Source: the human T2T-CHM13v2.0 reference genome, Homo sapiens. Taken from it: a stretch of 64,000 nt of DNA. Under the pieces are notes generated by a model that made no database searches, was not told the origin of the DNA, and saw nothing but the letters and a program-made list of their open reading frames with translations. The translations under genes were made by a program, and so were the position numbers. Of this stretch, positions 18,404-31,550 are shown piece after piece; within the stretch, counting starts at the first letter, position 1; each line of letters starts with the position of its first letter. The stretch is taken from the NCBI RefSeq assembly GCF_009914755.1, contig NC_060940.1. One strand, given 5' to 3'.

Positions 18404-21104
18404 TCAGTCTCTGTTAGTGCACTGCATCCAAACAACAACAACAAATTAGTGAGTCATCAACAAGAATTAGCAGCTATCAACAGAGGAAAAGTTGTCTTTT
18501 TACAGAAGGATAAGGTGGAGGACACAAACCATGCAAGCCAAGAAGCTAATCTAGTAACTGTGATTCTTTTCTCTCTCCCTTTCTCTAAGCCCACCTCAAC
18601 TGATCATCTGATCGCTGAACTGAGGCATAGTTAGGCCATGGGAGGGGCCATGAAGATATATGTGAACCTTACCAATCTGGGATATGTTTTCAAATGATGA
18701 TGAAGAGTAAAATTCTAGCCTCAGCATCTCCTTTGGTGAATTCCAAAAAAAGTCCATTGATCTTTCAGAAAAAAGACCTTGATCTGAATAAGGAGGTGGA
18801 GAATCTCAGAAATCTCCCTGGAGAACTGGGAAATATGTAAGGAATAAAGTAGACAGGGTCTCAATGGGAGTAGGTAGGGGCAAGTAGAAGAGGAAGAAAG
18901 TAATGAATAATCTCAGCTCCTTAAACTCTTTTCTCATTGCTGATTCAGCCCTTTCTTTCCTATTCTCTCTTTCCATCTTCTGATTTGTTTAACCATTCAA
19001 CAAAATTACACTGGAAATGGAGGATGTGGAGGTAAACAAAACCAACTCACTAAATAGCAACAACAGCAACAAACCAATCCCTGCCCCAGTAGAGCTTACA
19101 GACCTTAATTAAATAAACTTTCCTATTTAAAAAGTGCTACAGGGGCATACAAGAGCTTATAACAAACAGATGGCCTAGATTTACTATATCGGGGGGAGGA
19201 GGTTGACAACAGAGTGACTTGCTCAGAGAGCAGAAATGTGGAAGAAAAAGGAGGGATTAATTCAATGAAGCAGGTGAGGTCAACACTTCATGCAGAGGTA
19301 CCCACCACGCATAGGCCAGGAAGCAAGAAACTGATTTCAGTCCTGACTCCAGATTTTCATCCCAGAGCATATTGGGGGATTGGAGGAAGAGACCTTTGTT
19401 TGTCACCATGATCCTGGAGGTCTTGACATGATGCTGGAGTCATGGGGGGCTTGCTTGCTTGCTTTTGGAAGCCAAATGTCTGTCTCTCTATCCTCTTCTG
19501 ACTCTCACCCCAACCCAGATCAGTTTCTGCCACGCAGTGGGTCCAACCAGTGCCTGGATTCAGTTCGCTGGCCCCTAGCATGTGAATTGACTGACGTTCT
19601 TGAGCACATTATTTTTTCTCTAATTAGGCAGTATACCTGTACTGCCAGTGGCTTCTCCTGAGCCTATGGAGCCACAGGAGGTCACATTAACAGTCTTGGT
19701 ATAATAAGTCATTGCCATGCAAGCTGAAGGCAATTAATCCTAAAATTTGGAACTGTTCGAGATTAATTCCACTAAACTATATTGTGAAACCAGGGCAAAA
19801 AAAATATATACTACCATTTATACCTGGTGCTTTTTGTTTCATGACCTCATTTACTTCTTAAAACCAACATTTCAATTAGGCAGTATTGCTATTTTCCTTT
19901 TCAAATGAAGAAACTATGCCCAGAGAGGTCTGTGGAACTCACACAGCATCAGTGCTAGAGTTGGCATCCTAGTCCATGACTAAGTTCTTTCTGCAATCCT
20001 ATGTGAGTTATGCTTCTGGTACTCTGCACTGTATTTCACACTCAAAACTTAACTATTATTATCTCATTATCACCAGAGAATTGATGCAGCACTCTGACAG
20101 CTATGATTTCTTTTCTTTTTTTTCTTTTATTTTGTGGTCTCTATGTAAATAAAATCTTTTCACCCTAATGGCTGTCCTGACACTGCCAAATCTCTGATCC
20201 ACGGGGAGACACAGGGAGTCTCTGTCCAGAGCTATCTTCCTCCCAGAAGAGCTAACGAGGAAAAAAAGTAACAGAAGGTAACTTGCTGATCCTAATTACT
20301 TTGCCCGTTGTACATGTCTCAGATCAAATACCATTTTGTCCTCTTTTTCCCCTTTAGGGAGAATTAATTAAGCTCTAATTACATCGACAGAAAAAATAGA
20401 AGCTACAATAAAATTATTTTTTTTTAAAAAAAGCTATTAACAAGGTCTGAGCACAGAGCTTGTTATAACCTGGGGAGTGAGCCTCATTTGAATTTTATGG
20501 CCTTTGCTTTTACATTTTTTTATTAAACCTTTTCTTAAAATCCTCAATATGTCTTCTTTCCATGGTATAATCTTTCTTGGGAATTTGCAGGTGTTAAATT
20601 AGATGCTTGGGGCTCTCTTACCCTCCCTGCATTCAGTCAGAGTATGGTGTATCCCGTGAGGCAGATTAATCATTTTTTTAACTGATTTATAAGTTCACAC
20701 TCAGTTTTTTTTTCTATCTGGAATAAAATCTGACGCACAGAGCCCCTCTGGTTCAGGCAAATTGAGCCAATGTTTTCCTTGTTAGAGAAAAAAATTAAAA
20801 AGCTTATTCCAATCAGCACATCTCACTGCAAAAAGGGAATTCAATTCTTTCTCCCTGTCAAATGGAATCCAGCCATGCAGACCGGGCTGTGATGATGTGA
20901 AGATGGAAAGAACCTTCCCACTCAGAGAGTGAGAGGTCCTCTTACCCTACAAGACGCACATTACTGACCTGAAGGTCAGAGCTTGAAAAGTAAACTATCC
21001 GAGGAGGAGATGTGACCTACCACCGGGTAACGCGATGCAGGGCAGAACTCCACCTCAAAGCTAGACCCTGGACCTGCCCAGCAGTTCTTCTACCAACATA
21101 GCTG

Positions 21105-21240
21105 GGCCACCTGGGTAAGGTGTTTAGAATTCAGATTCTCATCTGAGTCCTAGATCTACTGAATCAGAACCTCTATGAGTGGGATCCTGGAATTTGTATT
21201 TTTCAAAGCCCTCAGGGAGATTCTGATGACTAGCAAGGCC
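21105..21240. mobile_element. MER5-family fragment
   Basis: agatctactgaatcagaacctct...ctggaatttgtatttttc...gagattctgatg. Confidence 0.65.
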
Positions 21241-21454
21241 CAGGAGTCATCTGATTAAAATAGTAAGACTAGCTGCAAAACACTAATTTTCAGGGAAGGG
21301 GAACACACTAGGTATTCCAAATAGCAGAGAAGGAGACATACTCCCAAGAAACTGGAGATTTTAGCCAAGGTGGCTTCCTAAAGGGGAATTTCTCTGGAAT
21401 CTTTTTGTTGGTCTTAAAAATTGATATAATTTTGGATTCCATTCTAACGGTGAC

Positions 21455-21565
21455 ATATATACAAATAGATGTATATACACGCATATACAGATACTCTTAT
21501 ACATATTCATACATATATATCTGTGTGTATATATGTGTATGTACAATTGTGTGTATGTGTGTATC
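21455..21565. repeat. (TA/CA/TG)n low-complexity tract
   Basis: Seen directly. Confidence 0.8.
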
Positions 21566-21672
21566 TGTTACATTGCCTAGAACAGCCCACGCTATAGTCA
21601 GAGGACACATACAGTCTTTCCCAAGATTTCTACAAATCCCTGGTGGGGTTGAACGTGTGAGTACTTATATCC

Positions 21673-21961
21673 TGATATGGTTTGGCTGTGTCCCCACCCA
21701 AATCTCATCTTGAATTACAGTTTCCATAAACCCCACGTGTCACGGGAGGGACCTGGTGGGAGGTAATTGAATCATAGGGGCAGTAACTCCCATGCTGTTC
21801 TCATGATAGTGCGTTCTCATGAGATTTGATGGGTTTTACAAGGGGCTTTTCTCCCTTTGCTCGACACTTCACTCTCCTGTCACCATGTGAAGAAGGATAC
21901 GTTTGCTTCCCCTTCTGCCAAGATTATAAGTTTCCTGAGGCCTTCCCAGCCATGCAGAACT
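21673..21961 (+). mobile_element. THE1 (THE1D-like) LTR, 3'-truncated
   Basis: tgatatggtttggctgtgtccccacccaaatctcatcttgaatt...ccagccatgcagaact. Confidence 0.9.
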
Positions 21962-22137
21962 ATTTGTTTGTTCTATTTCTAGATCCTTTCACCATTTCAT
22001 GGGTATCATCTCTAATTTTTCATGCACATAAAGTGAGCCTGCATTTGATTTCCACTAAAATCCATTCTCATAAGGTATTGTTTTATACAGTACACTCTCA
22101 TAAAGAGTATTTTGGGGAGAAATGCATGGGTGAGGGG

Positions 22138-23047
22138 CAGTGATGTGCTGGATCTGGCTAATACAGGGCCATGAGAGCCAGCCATTAAATTTTTAGGAAT
22201 TTTGCAATCCAGTTGTTAAGCAAAACCATGATTAAATATTATATAAGGTTGTAATTAAGTTGTACAATTAATAAAGGTAGTAAGTATTAGAAGCTCATCA
22301 CTTACTAGCTGTTTTACTACATTTTATTCTTACCTATGCCCTTGAAGTTATTTGTATCTACTGTATTTGTGTAGTAGAAATACAATTAAATGTGTTGCTA
22401 TTGCCCATCTCTACCCAATTCTGTGTTTAGTGATTATACATGGGTAACCTGAGATTGGCCATAGCAAGAGTATTTACATCACAGAAATTGGCAAATGCTA
22501 CAAATCTAGGCTTGATTTATTGCTCTGCTGATTGCCTGGACCTAAAAATTAATGGATAATATGTTAATAATGTCCATAAGCTTAAATGTGTCATGTCTAT
22601 AGCCACTGCATTGTCAATAGTATAAAAACTGAAGACATTTTTTCAGCATTTAAAAACTTTTTGCTGATTCAGCAAAGAAGTCATTCACATCATTGACAAA
22701 TGAGTGAAGTTCTAATATATGTTTTCTTTGTTTCCCTTGTATCTTATTCATTAATATAAAACATTAACCAACATTCATGTTGAAACTACACTTGCATTCA
22801 AGATTTGTAGCCTGATTTTATCAAGTGATGGTTGAATTGCAATCTTAGATCAGTTATACATATAAGAATTCTGCAAAAACCAAGAAAGTGTTCTGTAAGT
22901 ATCAGCTGGCTATATGACAAAGAATACTGTAAAATTTATTATTATAAACTGTTTGTTACATATTCTTTAGGTCAGTAAAGTTTCTAAGAAACTTAAGTAT
23001 GTTTCCCCAGAGACCTAGTTGTTAAGCATTTACCAGTCTCCCACAAG
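22138..23047 (+). mobile_element. MER63 long form (C/D), hAT-Blackjack DNA transposon
   Basis: Termini cagtgatgtgctgg / gttaagcatttaccag; internal aaattggcaaatgctacaaatc. Confidence 0.8.
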
Positions 23048-23209
23048 AGTTTATATTACACCAACATAAACATATTGAATAGTAAATGTCCTTTGATATA
23101 TATACATGCTTTCACACCTCATTGGTGGTAATTGTTCTTCTCATCAGGTGCAAAAACTAATTCCCTTCATCTTCTGCAAGCTGTTTAGTCATCTCTTTCA
23201 TTGGATTAC

Positions 23210-23801
23210 TAGATAATTGCAGGTTCCCACCCAAACCTCCATGTCCTTTTCTCCCATCAAGAGCATGCGGATCTTTCATTGGTGGTTACATCCCTCTTCC
23301 ATTCCCAGTCCTATTGTTTGGGTAGATTTAACTCCATTCTCCAGTTACAGGAATTGGCTCTGCAAGCTTAAGCCAATCAGTGGGTTCCAGCTCTCTGGCC
23401 ACAGTGATTGGTGCGGAGTTGAGCACATGACCCAATTTGGGCCAATGAGAGAGAGGAAATCTCAAAATTGTAGTTGAAAATATTAAAAGAGAGCTATGAG
23501 TTTTCTCTGGACAATGTATTATAAGATAGGAACAACTTTATCCATTTTATTATCACAGGAAGAGAGCTAAGAGCTGAAGGGAAAGAAACCACCAGAACCC
23601 AAGAATGAGGCCAAATCCATAGAACATAAACAGAATAGAGAACAACCTAGGTCCATGGTAAAATCACTTGAGCTACTAGATGAAGCTTTACCTGACCAGA
23701 TCTTCCTGGGGTTTAGGTACAAGTATGAATAAATCTCCTTTGTTTTTAAGGCCCATTTGAGTTGGGTTTTCAATCACTTGGAACCAAAAAGATCCTTAAC
23801 T
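23210..23801 (+). mobile_element. Old MLT1 (J/K/L) LTR
   Basis: ggccacagtgattgg...catgacccaatttgggccaatgag; 3' end ccatttgagttgggttttc. Confidence 0.7.
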
Positions 23802-24289
23802 TTTATATTTGTCTTGACTCTTAAGCTCAGGGGCCTTACTTTCCATTCCAAGGCTAATCAAGCCTTTCGGTAAAAGATAGGTAATTTCTTCCCTAAGAGA
23901 GATTCTCCTCAAACTAATAAAGTAAAACATTTTTAACCCCACTAGACAAAAGTAGTGTTTCTAATAACTTATTGCCAAGCAAAATGAACATTCTGGAACT
24001 TTGCACCATATTTGTTCCATGGCTTCCTACAACTTGCTAGCACAGGATTACACACATATATATATATATATACTATAGGGATGTGCATACTTTAGATTGA
24101 GAAGTGTGGCACTGAAGCATGAAGCCACCATTTACATTTCAGGGAAAATTATTTTTTCAATGATTTGCTTAAACAAGAATTCTTGGTTGAATATCCATGT
24201 GTTTTATGCGGTCACAGGGTAGGATATTGAGAGAACTGGATGTAGAATGCAGCAGTTTGAGGGAGGTGTAGTGGGATGATGATGATGCT

Positions 24290-24460
24290 AATAGCAAAAA
24301 CTTTCATAGTTCTTGCTACGTGCCAGGCTGTGTTAAGTGATCTCCATGAATTAATCCTCATTTCCATACCCAGTTTACAGGTGATGAAATGGAAATGCTA
24401 GCTTAACTTCATACACCTTGGTTCCTGAGTCTGTGCTCTAACCAGTAGGTTGTACTGCTT
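24290..24460 (-). mobile_element. MIR
   Basis: ctacgtgccaggctgtgttaag...tttacaggtgatgaaa. Confidence 0.65.
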
Positions 24461-24895
24461 CTCCACTGTGTGCTTAAGACAAAGTTGGGAAAATGGAAAT
24501 GAATTTGGATCCATTCATAGGAACTGGTGAGTCCAGGTCAGGATCTGCCTTTGGGGCTCTGAGAGTTGTAGAGTCACAGTATTCACAAAAGATGCCTAAC
24601 TCATGCCAGCAAAGCAGACAACAGACCAAATACAATTCATGCTTGAAGAGGACTGGAGTTAGAATCAGAGAGGCAGCCAAGAGCACCATTTCCACAGAGC
24701 AAGATAAGGCCATCAACAGTCAAGGATCAGACAGCAAGAAGATGTGGACATGTCAGCCAATGGAGCGGAAGGGCTGAAGATACCAGCTCAGAATGGAGAC
24801 TAAACAATGAGAGGGCACCAAAGGATGATTTTTTTAATGTATCAAATAAAGAAAAGTCTGATGGTTAAAGGCTATGCACTTAGATAGAGGGGTAC

Positions 24896-25325
24896 TGTAC
24901 TAGATAATCATTGTCATAGTAATGCTAGGTAAGAAACCATGCCAAGACTCAGTAGCATCCAACCACAAACATTCATTTCTTGTTCACAGATTTGTGGGCC
25001 AGCTGGGGTTCAGCACATCTAGGCTATGCTCTGCTTGAAGCAGCAAACTGGGTTCAGATCCATTCTACATATCTCTCATCCTCTTCGGACCAGCAGGAAA
25101 GCCAGGGCAGGCTTATGTAACAGCATTGACAAAAGCAAGTTTATACTAGCGTATTTCAACCAACCAAACCATATGAGTTTGGTTGACCAAAACCAACTCA
25201 TATGGCCAACCTCAAAGACATCGGACACTGTGTGCCATATATGAGGATATGGCAAGGAAGGTAGATTTAGTCCTGATACTATCCTAGGAGAGGAAGTAAT
25301 TAAGACTAACAACTAAATCTACTCT
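24896..25325 (-). mobile_element. Old MLT1 (H/I-like) LTR
   Basis: gactcagtagcatccaaccacaaacattcatttcttgttcac...ggccagctggggttcagc. Confidence 0.6.
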
Positions 25326-25327
25326 AG

Positions 25328-26063
<736 letters not shown>

Positions 26064-26636
26064 TACAGGCCCAAAAGAAAAACAGAGTTTGTTTTACAGT
26101 GATATAAGGGTCTACCCTAAAGAAGGAAGCAAGGTGTGAGGCAGTGTCCTTGGCATTGGAGAAGGAGACTGGGGAAGTACCCATCAAGGTGATGAGGTAT
26201 ATGAGAGAATGGCAGAGGAGAATAGGGGGAGGCGGGGATGCTTTTCCCAGGTCTTGATGGACATCACTAGATGGGCCATGGCTATTTCTAAGGTAGCTCA
26301 GTGGGAAGAATCACTCAAGATTCAATTGAAATTGTGTTCAGGCCAGTTATAAACTAGTAAAGATGCAATGGTAGAGGTTATAGATTGAGACTTAGGTTTC
26401 TTCCTTTTCTGGAAGGATCCTCAGATCGCCTTACTGTGGATCTAACATAGCCAGCCCAAGAGATGATTAAATTTGTGTTCTGTTGGGCTATGTCAGGGTC
26501 AAGTTTTAAAGGAAGCATGCAGTGATTCAGAAGGATTGTGTTTCCTTGTCAATTTCACCTCTTGCTTCTTGAAGGAGCCTTTCTAGTCTTTTCTTGGCCA
26601 CCAGAGAATGCAGCCATGAACAAAGTTAGATGGCCC

Positions 26637-26734
26637 ATCATTTATGTCAGGAAGTTGTGAATGCAGATTTGCTGAGCTAATTCACCCAGATTATCTCAGC
26701 AAATCTGCATGCACAACTTTCTCAGTTAAATGAT
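26637..26734. repeat. Inverted repeat: 45-bp arms (39/45 identical), 8-nt loop
   Basis: Arms 26637-26681 and 26690-26734 aligned by hand. Confidence 0.95.
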
Positions 26735-26901
26735 CTTTACTACCTATGTCGGGCTGTCTGAATCTGAAATTATACCCAATATTCCTTGGGGCTCAGGACA
26801 TTATAGTTAGCTTTTGCTGGATATCAGAGCTTTACATATAATAAATGTCAACATCTGACACCTTAAAAAAAAAAAAAACCCCACCAGATACTGTTTTAGA
26901 G

Positions 26902-27084
26902 CAGTAACTCTCAACCCTGTCTGGATGTTAGAATCATCTTAGAAGCTGTAATATCACAGATGCCTGGGGCCCTCCCCAGACTAATTAAATCAGGATCTCA
27001 AGGTAGAGGAAGTGCCTGGACTTTTTTAAATTTTTGTTAAGCTCTCCAGTTGTTTCTAATATGTAGCCAGGTGTAAAAACCACT
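26902..27084. mobile_element. MER5-family DNA transposon
   Basis: cagtaactctcaacc...gaatcatcttagaagc...ctccccagactaattaaatcag...aaaccact. Confidence 0.75.
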
Positions 27085-30000
27085 ATTTTAGACTCTCTCA
27101 TTTAATCAGCATGATGCTGTATTGGTCTGGTGACTTCTCTTATAAAATTCACTGTGAAAATATAAAATATGTTCATGTTCATTCTGTGTTCGTTGAAGAA
27201 TGGAACTTTTTGTGAAGATCAACACGTTTCTTTGCTCTGAAAGTTTGCAACAGTTTTTAGCCAACAGCAAGGTGGAGGCATATTTTTTAAATCAAAACAT
27301 TAATAATAAATAATTATGATGATGACCATGATGATGATAAAGTGTCAGGACACCTGGGCCAACTGCTGTCAGACACAGGATGTTGTAACTTTTTCTCTTT
27401 TCCCTTCAGGAATTGTGTGCATTTATTGATAAACATGGAGGCTTTTGTTTTAGAATCAAGGAATAACGGGGGGCAGATGTGTTGCTAGATAAAATGCCAG
27501 CAGGAGAAATTCTTTGACCATGGATGGGACCGCTTGATGTCTACCTTCTCCTTCTTAGAGTGCACATTTCTTGCATGTGCTACAAGTGTACAAACTACCT
27601 TGTCTTAGGGGATTTTTGAGCTCTGGATATTTTCAGAGCTATTTCATGGGCAGATGATAAAGTATAAGGTACAACTGGGGAGAAGCCCATTCTCTCTTCT
27701 GATCTGAGACCTCTGGAGCAGCACTGATCAGAAATAGCCGCCCCCATTTCACAGCTGAGACTCAGATAAAGTCAGAGATTTGCCCAGCATCACTCACCAA
27801 GGAGGGATGGAGCTGGGATTTAAACCCAGATCTTCCAAACAACAAATTCTCTGCTCATTTCAAGATAGAAAACCATGGTATTTTGGGGAACTGGGAATAA
27901 AACAATAGAGGGTTCTGTGGTTTTTTGTTTTTTTTTTTTTGTTTTTTTTTTTTAGTTAATATCTCCCTGACATTAGTTTCTCTGGGCACTTAGGAGTGGC
28001 TCTCTGTGTTAAGAAATCTCTTCATGTTGTTTCAAAGACATCCGCAAGCCCTGTGACTTCATTCTCAAGCAACAGGCCACTGCTGTGGAAAGGACATGAA
28101 ACCAGCTCATTTTTGCAACAAAGAATGGAAAACCTTCCTTGCCAGAATGGTTCATACCTTTTAGTTTTTCCACTGGGGAGTGGAAACAGTAACGGAAGAA
28201 GCAGAGATGTGGGGCTTCAACTCCCTGTCTCTACCACTGTTGCTTTTCCTTGGGACCAGGGACTTCCCCGACTCCCCACAGTTGCCTTGGGAATCATCCC
28301 TCCAGGAAAGAACTGACACTGCATTCATTTTCCTGCCAGGAAGCTCTTGGATGGCTAGGAGTTTGCAGGGGATGGCCAGGTTGGAGAATTTATTTTCAAA
28401 GTTGACCTCAACTTGGAAATCCTGGCCCTGAGCTGCGGGGAGTCGTCTGGTCGTCCGCTTGCATTCTGTCCTGATTTCTTTCTCATGCTCTGAGTTGGCT
28501 TGGTTACAGTTTTACTTTTCATTTTTCCTCCATGTCTCCCAAATGTAGTCTTGGCACACTCTCCTCTATTATAAACCTCATTTTGCCATAATCAGGGGTT
28601 AATTAGATAGGCATCCTCAGATTCCACTGCAACATTCTGATCAGTGAACCTGACTGGTGCCAAGGAAGTCGGTGGACATGCCAGCAGGGCAGAAACACAA
28701 CTCTCTGCTACAAATGCATGTACAGTATATTATCCTAAATTTCTTAGTATGTTTGTGAAGCGCCAAGAGTAGTATGGGAGATCATATTCTGAAACAAAAG
28801 GCAAGGGTTGGGAGAGAAAAAACAGCTTTTTGATGACAAAGCAAATTGTTCCACATTGCTGATTTACCCAAGAGATTATTCTGCATTATCTATTATTGGA
28901 ATGGAATGTCAAAATATTTCTTTTCCTCAAACATGTTAGAGGTTGCAAAACTCATTTACATTGAAAATATCTGGCCATGATTCCTCAGCTAAGGAAATAA
29001 CCATCTCCAAAGTTATCTGTGGAAGTCAGGGAGCCAATAATGTTTGGCTACTGTGACGTTTGTTTGGCTTAATGGGTTCCTTCCTGAGAATCTGATGTCT
29101 TTTCCACCTGCTCAGGCTACAATGGAATTGAAACTGACATACTTCTACCCACAGGTCCCTTTCTTCTCTGTAGATTATATGAAAAATGTGCCCAATTGCA
29201 ATTCTCTCATTATGTTCACTCACCTAACACTGAGCAAATGTCTCTTTGAGGATCTGTTGTCTGCCAAGTACCCCATTTTCTCTTTCAGCCTTTTTCGCTG
29301 CTTTTTCATCTTCCAGTATCCCTGAAAGTTTAGAGGGAGACCTTATTCTGTCCTGAATGTCCCAGGTCCACCCTGATATGCAGCCTCCAGGAATCAGCTC
29401 TGGGTCCTATTCCCCTCATTCTCCCCACGCCACCCCCATCCTCCGCCATAGCCCCTTCTATGCAGGCCCGCATTACAATGCAGTGAGAAGAAAAATGACA
29501 GTCATCGTGCAAAAAAAAGAAAAAAAAAACCCTAAATTTAATGAACATTTAACTCTGTCTAGGGCCTCAATTGCACTGCAAAGACACATAAGTCATGTTT
29601 CCTGTTGTCTAGGGTGGACAATCTAATGAGGAAGATGCACCCATACCCAGTGTGCTATTTCAAATCCTCGGCAACATGTATGTCATCACACCCACAAATC
29701 AGAACAAACAATGGCTTCCAGCACTGGAGCAGACCCCTGCAGACTCAGTGACCCAGGCAACAGCATTCTATGTGCAAGATACCGGAAAATCTTCGGTGAA
29801 TGGCTGGGATGATACAGGAGGTGAAGGGGGCACTAGAGAGATGGGAGAGCAGGTATTTACCAATCAGAATGGAGGTATTTCAATCTGTAACTAAGTTAGA
29901 TGACTGTGTTAGTGCTCACCAGCTGAGCAACAGCCCTTCTGGAACCGAAGCATTGGGAGTAAGCCTGTCTGTGCATCTGATGCCACCTGGGTCACCTGAT

Positions 30001-30129
30001 AAAAAATCAGATTCTATGTCCTCCATTCAGATTCAAATTTGATGATTTTAGGCTGAGTCTGGGAATAGGTACATTAGCAAAAGTCTTCAGTGACTTCAAC
30101 TTGGAAATGACTGTTAACATGCCGGGCAA

Positions 30130-30310
30130 GAGGGTAGGCTTTGCAGTTTGGCAGGTCTGGGTCAGTACTCTGGCTCTGACGCTGGCTTAATCTTTGAGGC
30201 TCACTTTACTCATCTGTAAGATGGTTGTAATGATGACGTTTGTGAGGATTATTTGAGAAAATATTTCTGAAATGCTTAGCCCAGACCTGACATAGAAAAG
30301 ATAGTAAGTC
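30130..30310 (+). mobile_element. MIR
   Basis: ctcactttactcatctgtaagatgg...tttgtgaggatt. Confidence 0.7.
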
Positions 30311-31020
30311 TGTATCTCCCCATTCCTCATCCAAAACAAACCAAAAGGAAAACTCTAACTGAACTTTCTAAGATGCATTATAGGAAGCAAGACTCCTGGG
30401 ACCCACCCTATTTCAAATAAGTCAATATTTCTCAAGGCGAGAATTTACATTTTAAACAAGCACCCGACATCATTCTTATATTCACTAATTAAAAATAAAT
30501 ATTGCTGCAGTTGGAGAAAAAATAAACAGTCACCTCATATCACAAAAGCGGGGTGCTGCTGCTCTGTCAACACAGGCAGGTTCTTCTAAACACAGAGAGC
30601 ATGAATGATGGAGGCTCTGGAGGACCAGGGGCTCTAGCACCGAGTCTGCTCGTCAGTACGCTCCCTGCATCTTGCATCCACTCCCGTGGGGGATGTTTAA
30701 CCTCATTTAAATACAGACATGAACCCCCTTCCCTCCTGGCACACCGTGAAGAAGAAATGAGCTAATGGATATGCAGTGTTCATGCCTAAGAGAGCATTCT
30801 AATTAATGACATAAATCAATAGTCCCATGGGTTGGGTAGAAGGCTTTCATTTATTTTCTTCTTTAAATTTTACTAACATTTTATTTATTTATCACTCTTT
30901 TCCCAACTATAAAAATCCTATGACAATGGTGGAACAAGTGAAAAATAGGAAAAGAACATAAAGTGGTTAAAAAATGTTACTTATCCAGGTACAATGACTA
31001 CATCATCAAAAGGGCTTTCC

Positions 31021-31270
<250 letters not shown>

Positions 31271-31339
31271 AAAAGGGCTTTCCTGTGAAATCAAAGAAGA
31301 TGAGTATCTTCTTACACCATGCCTAGAAAGAAAGAAAGA

Positions 31340-31550
31340 AACAGTATAGCACAGTGGTCAAAGACATGAGCTCTCGTCTGAGTTCTACCACGTGCAATGT
31401 GACCTTTAGCCAACTTACTTTACCTTTTTTGCCTCAGTTTTCTCAGTAAGGTGGGTGTAATGGTATTCCCTACTGGATAAAGGACTCACAATAAATAATA
31501 CGATATAATAAAATGTGTAAAGCTCTTTAAACTGCTCAAAAGACATTGGG
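31340..31550 (+). mobile_element. MIR
   Basis: acagtatagcacagtggtcaaag...tgtgaccttt...gcctcagttttctc. Confidence 0.75.

Noticed and set aside
27383-27420. Strong-looking splice acceptor (tgtaactttttctcttttcccttcag|g); similar one at ~20357
   Set aside because: No convincing paired donor or recognisable reading frame; such sites occur by chance in 64 kb and need RNA data
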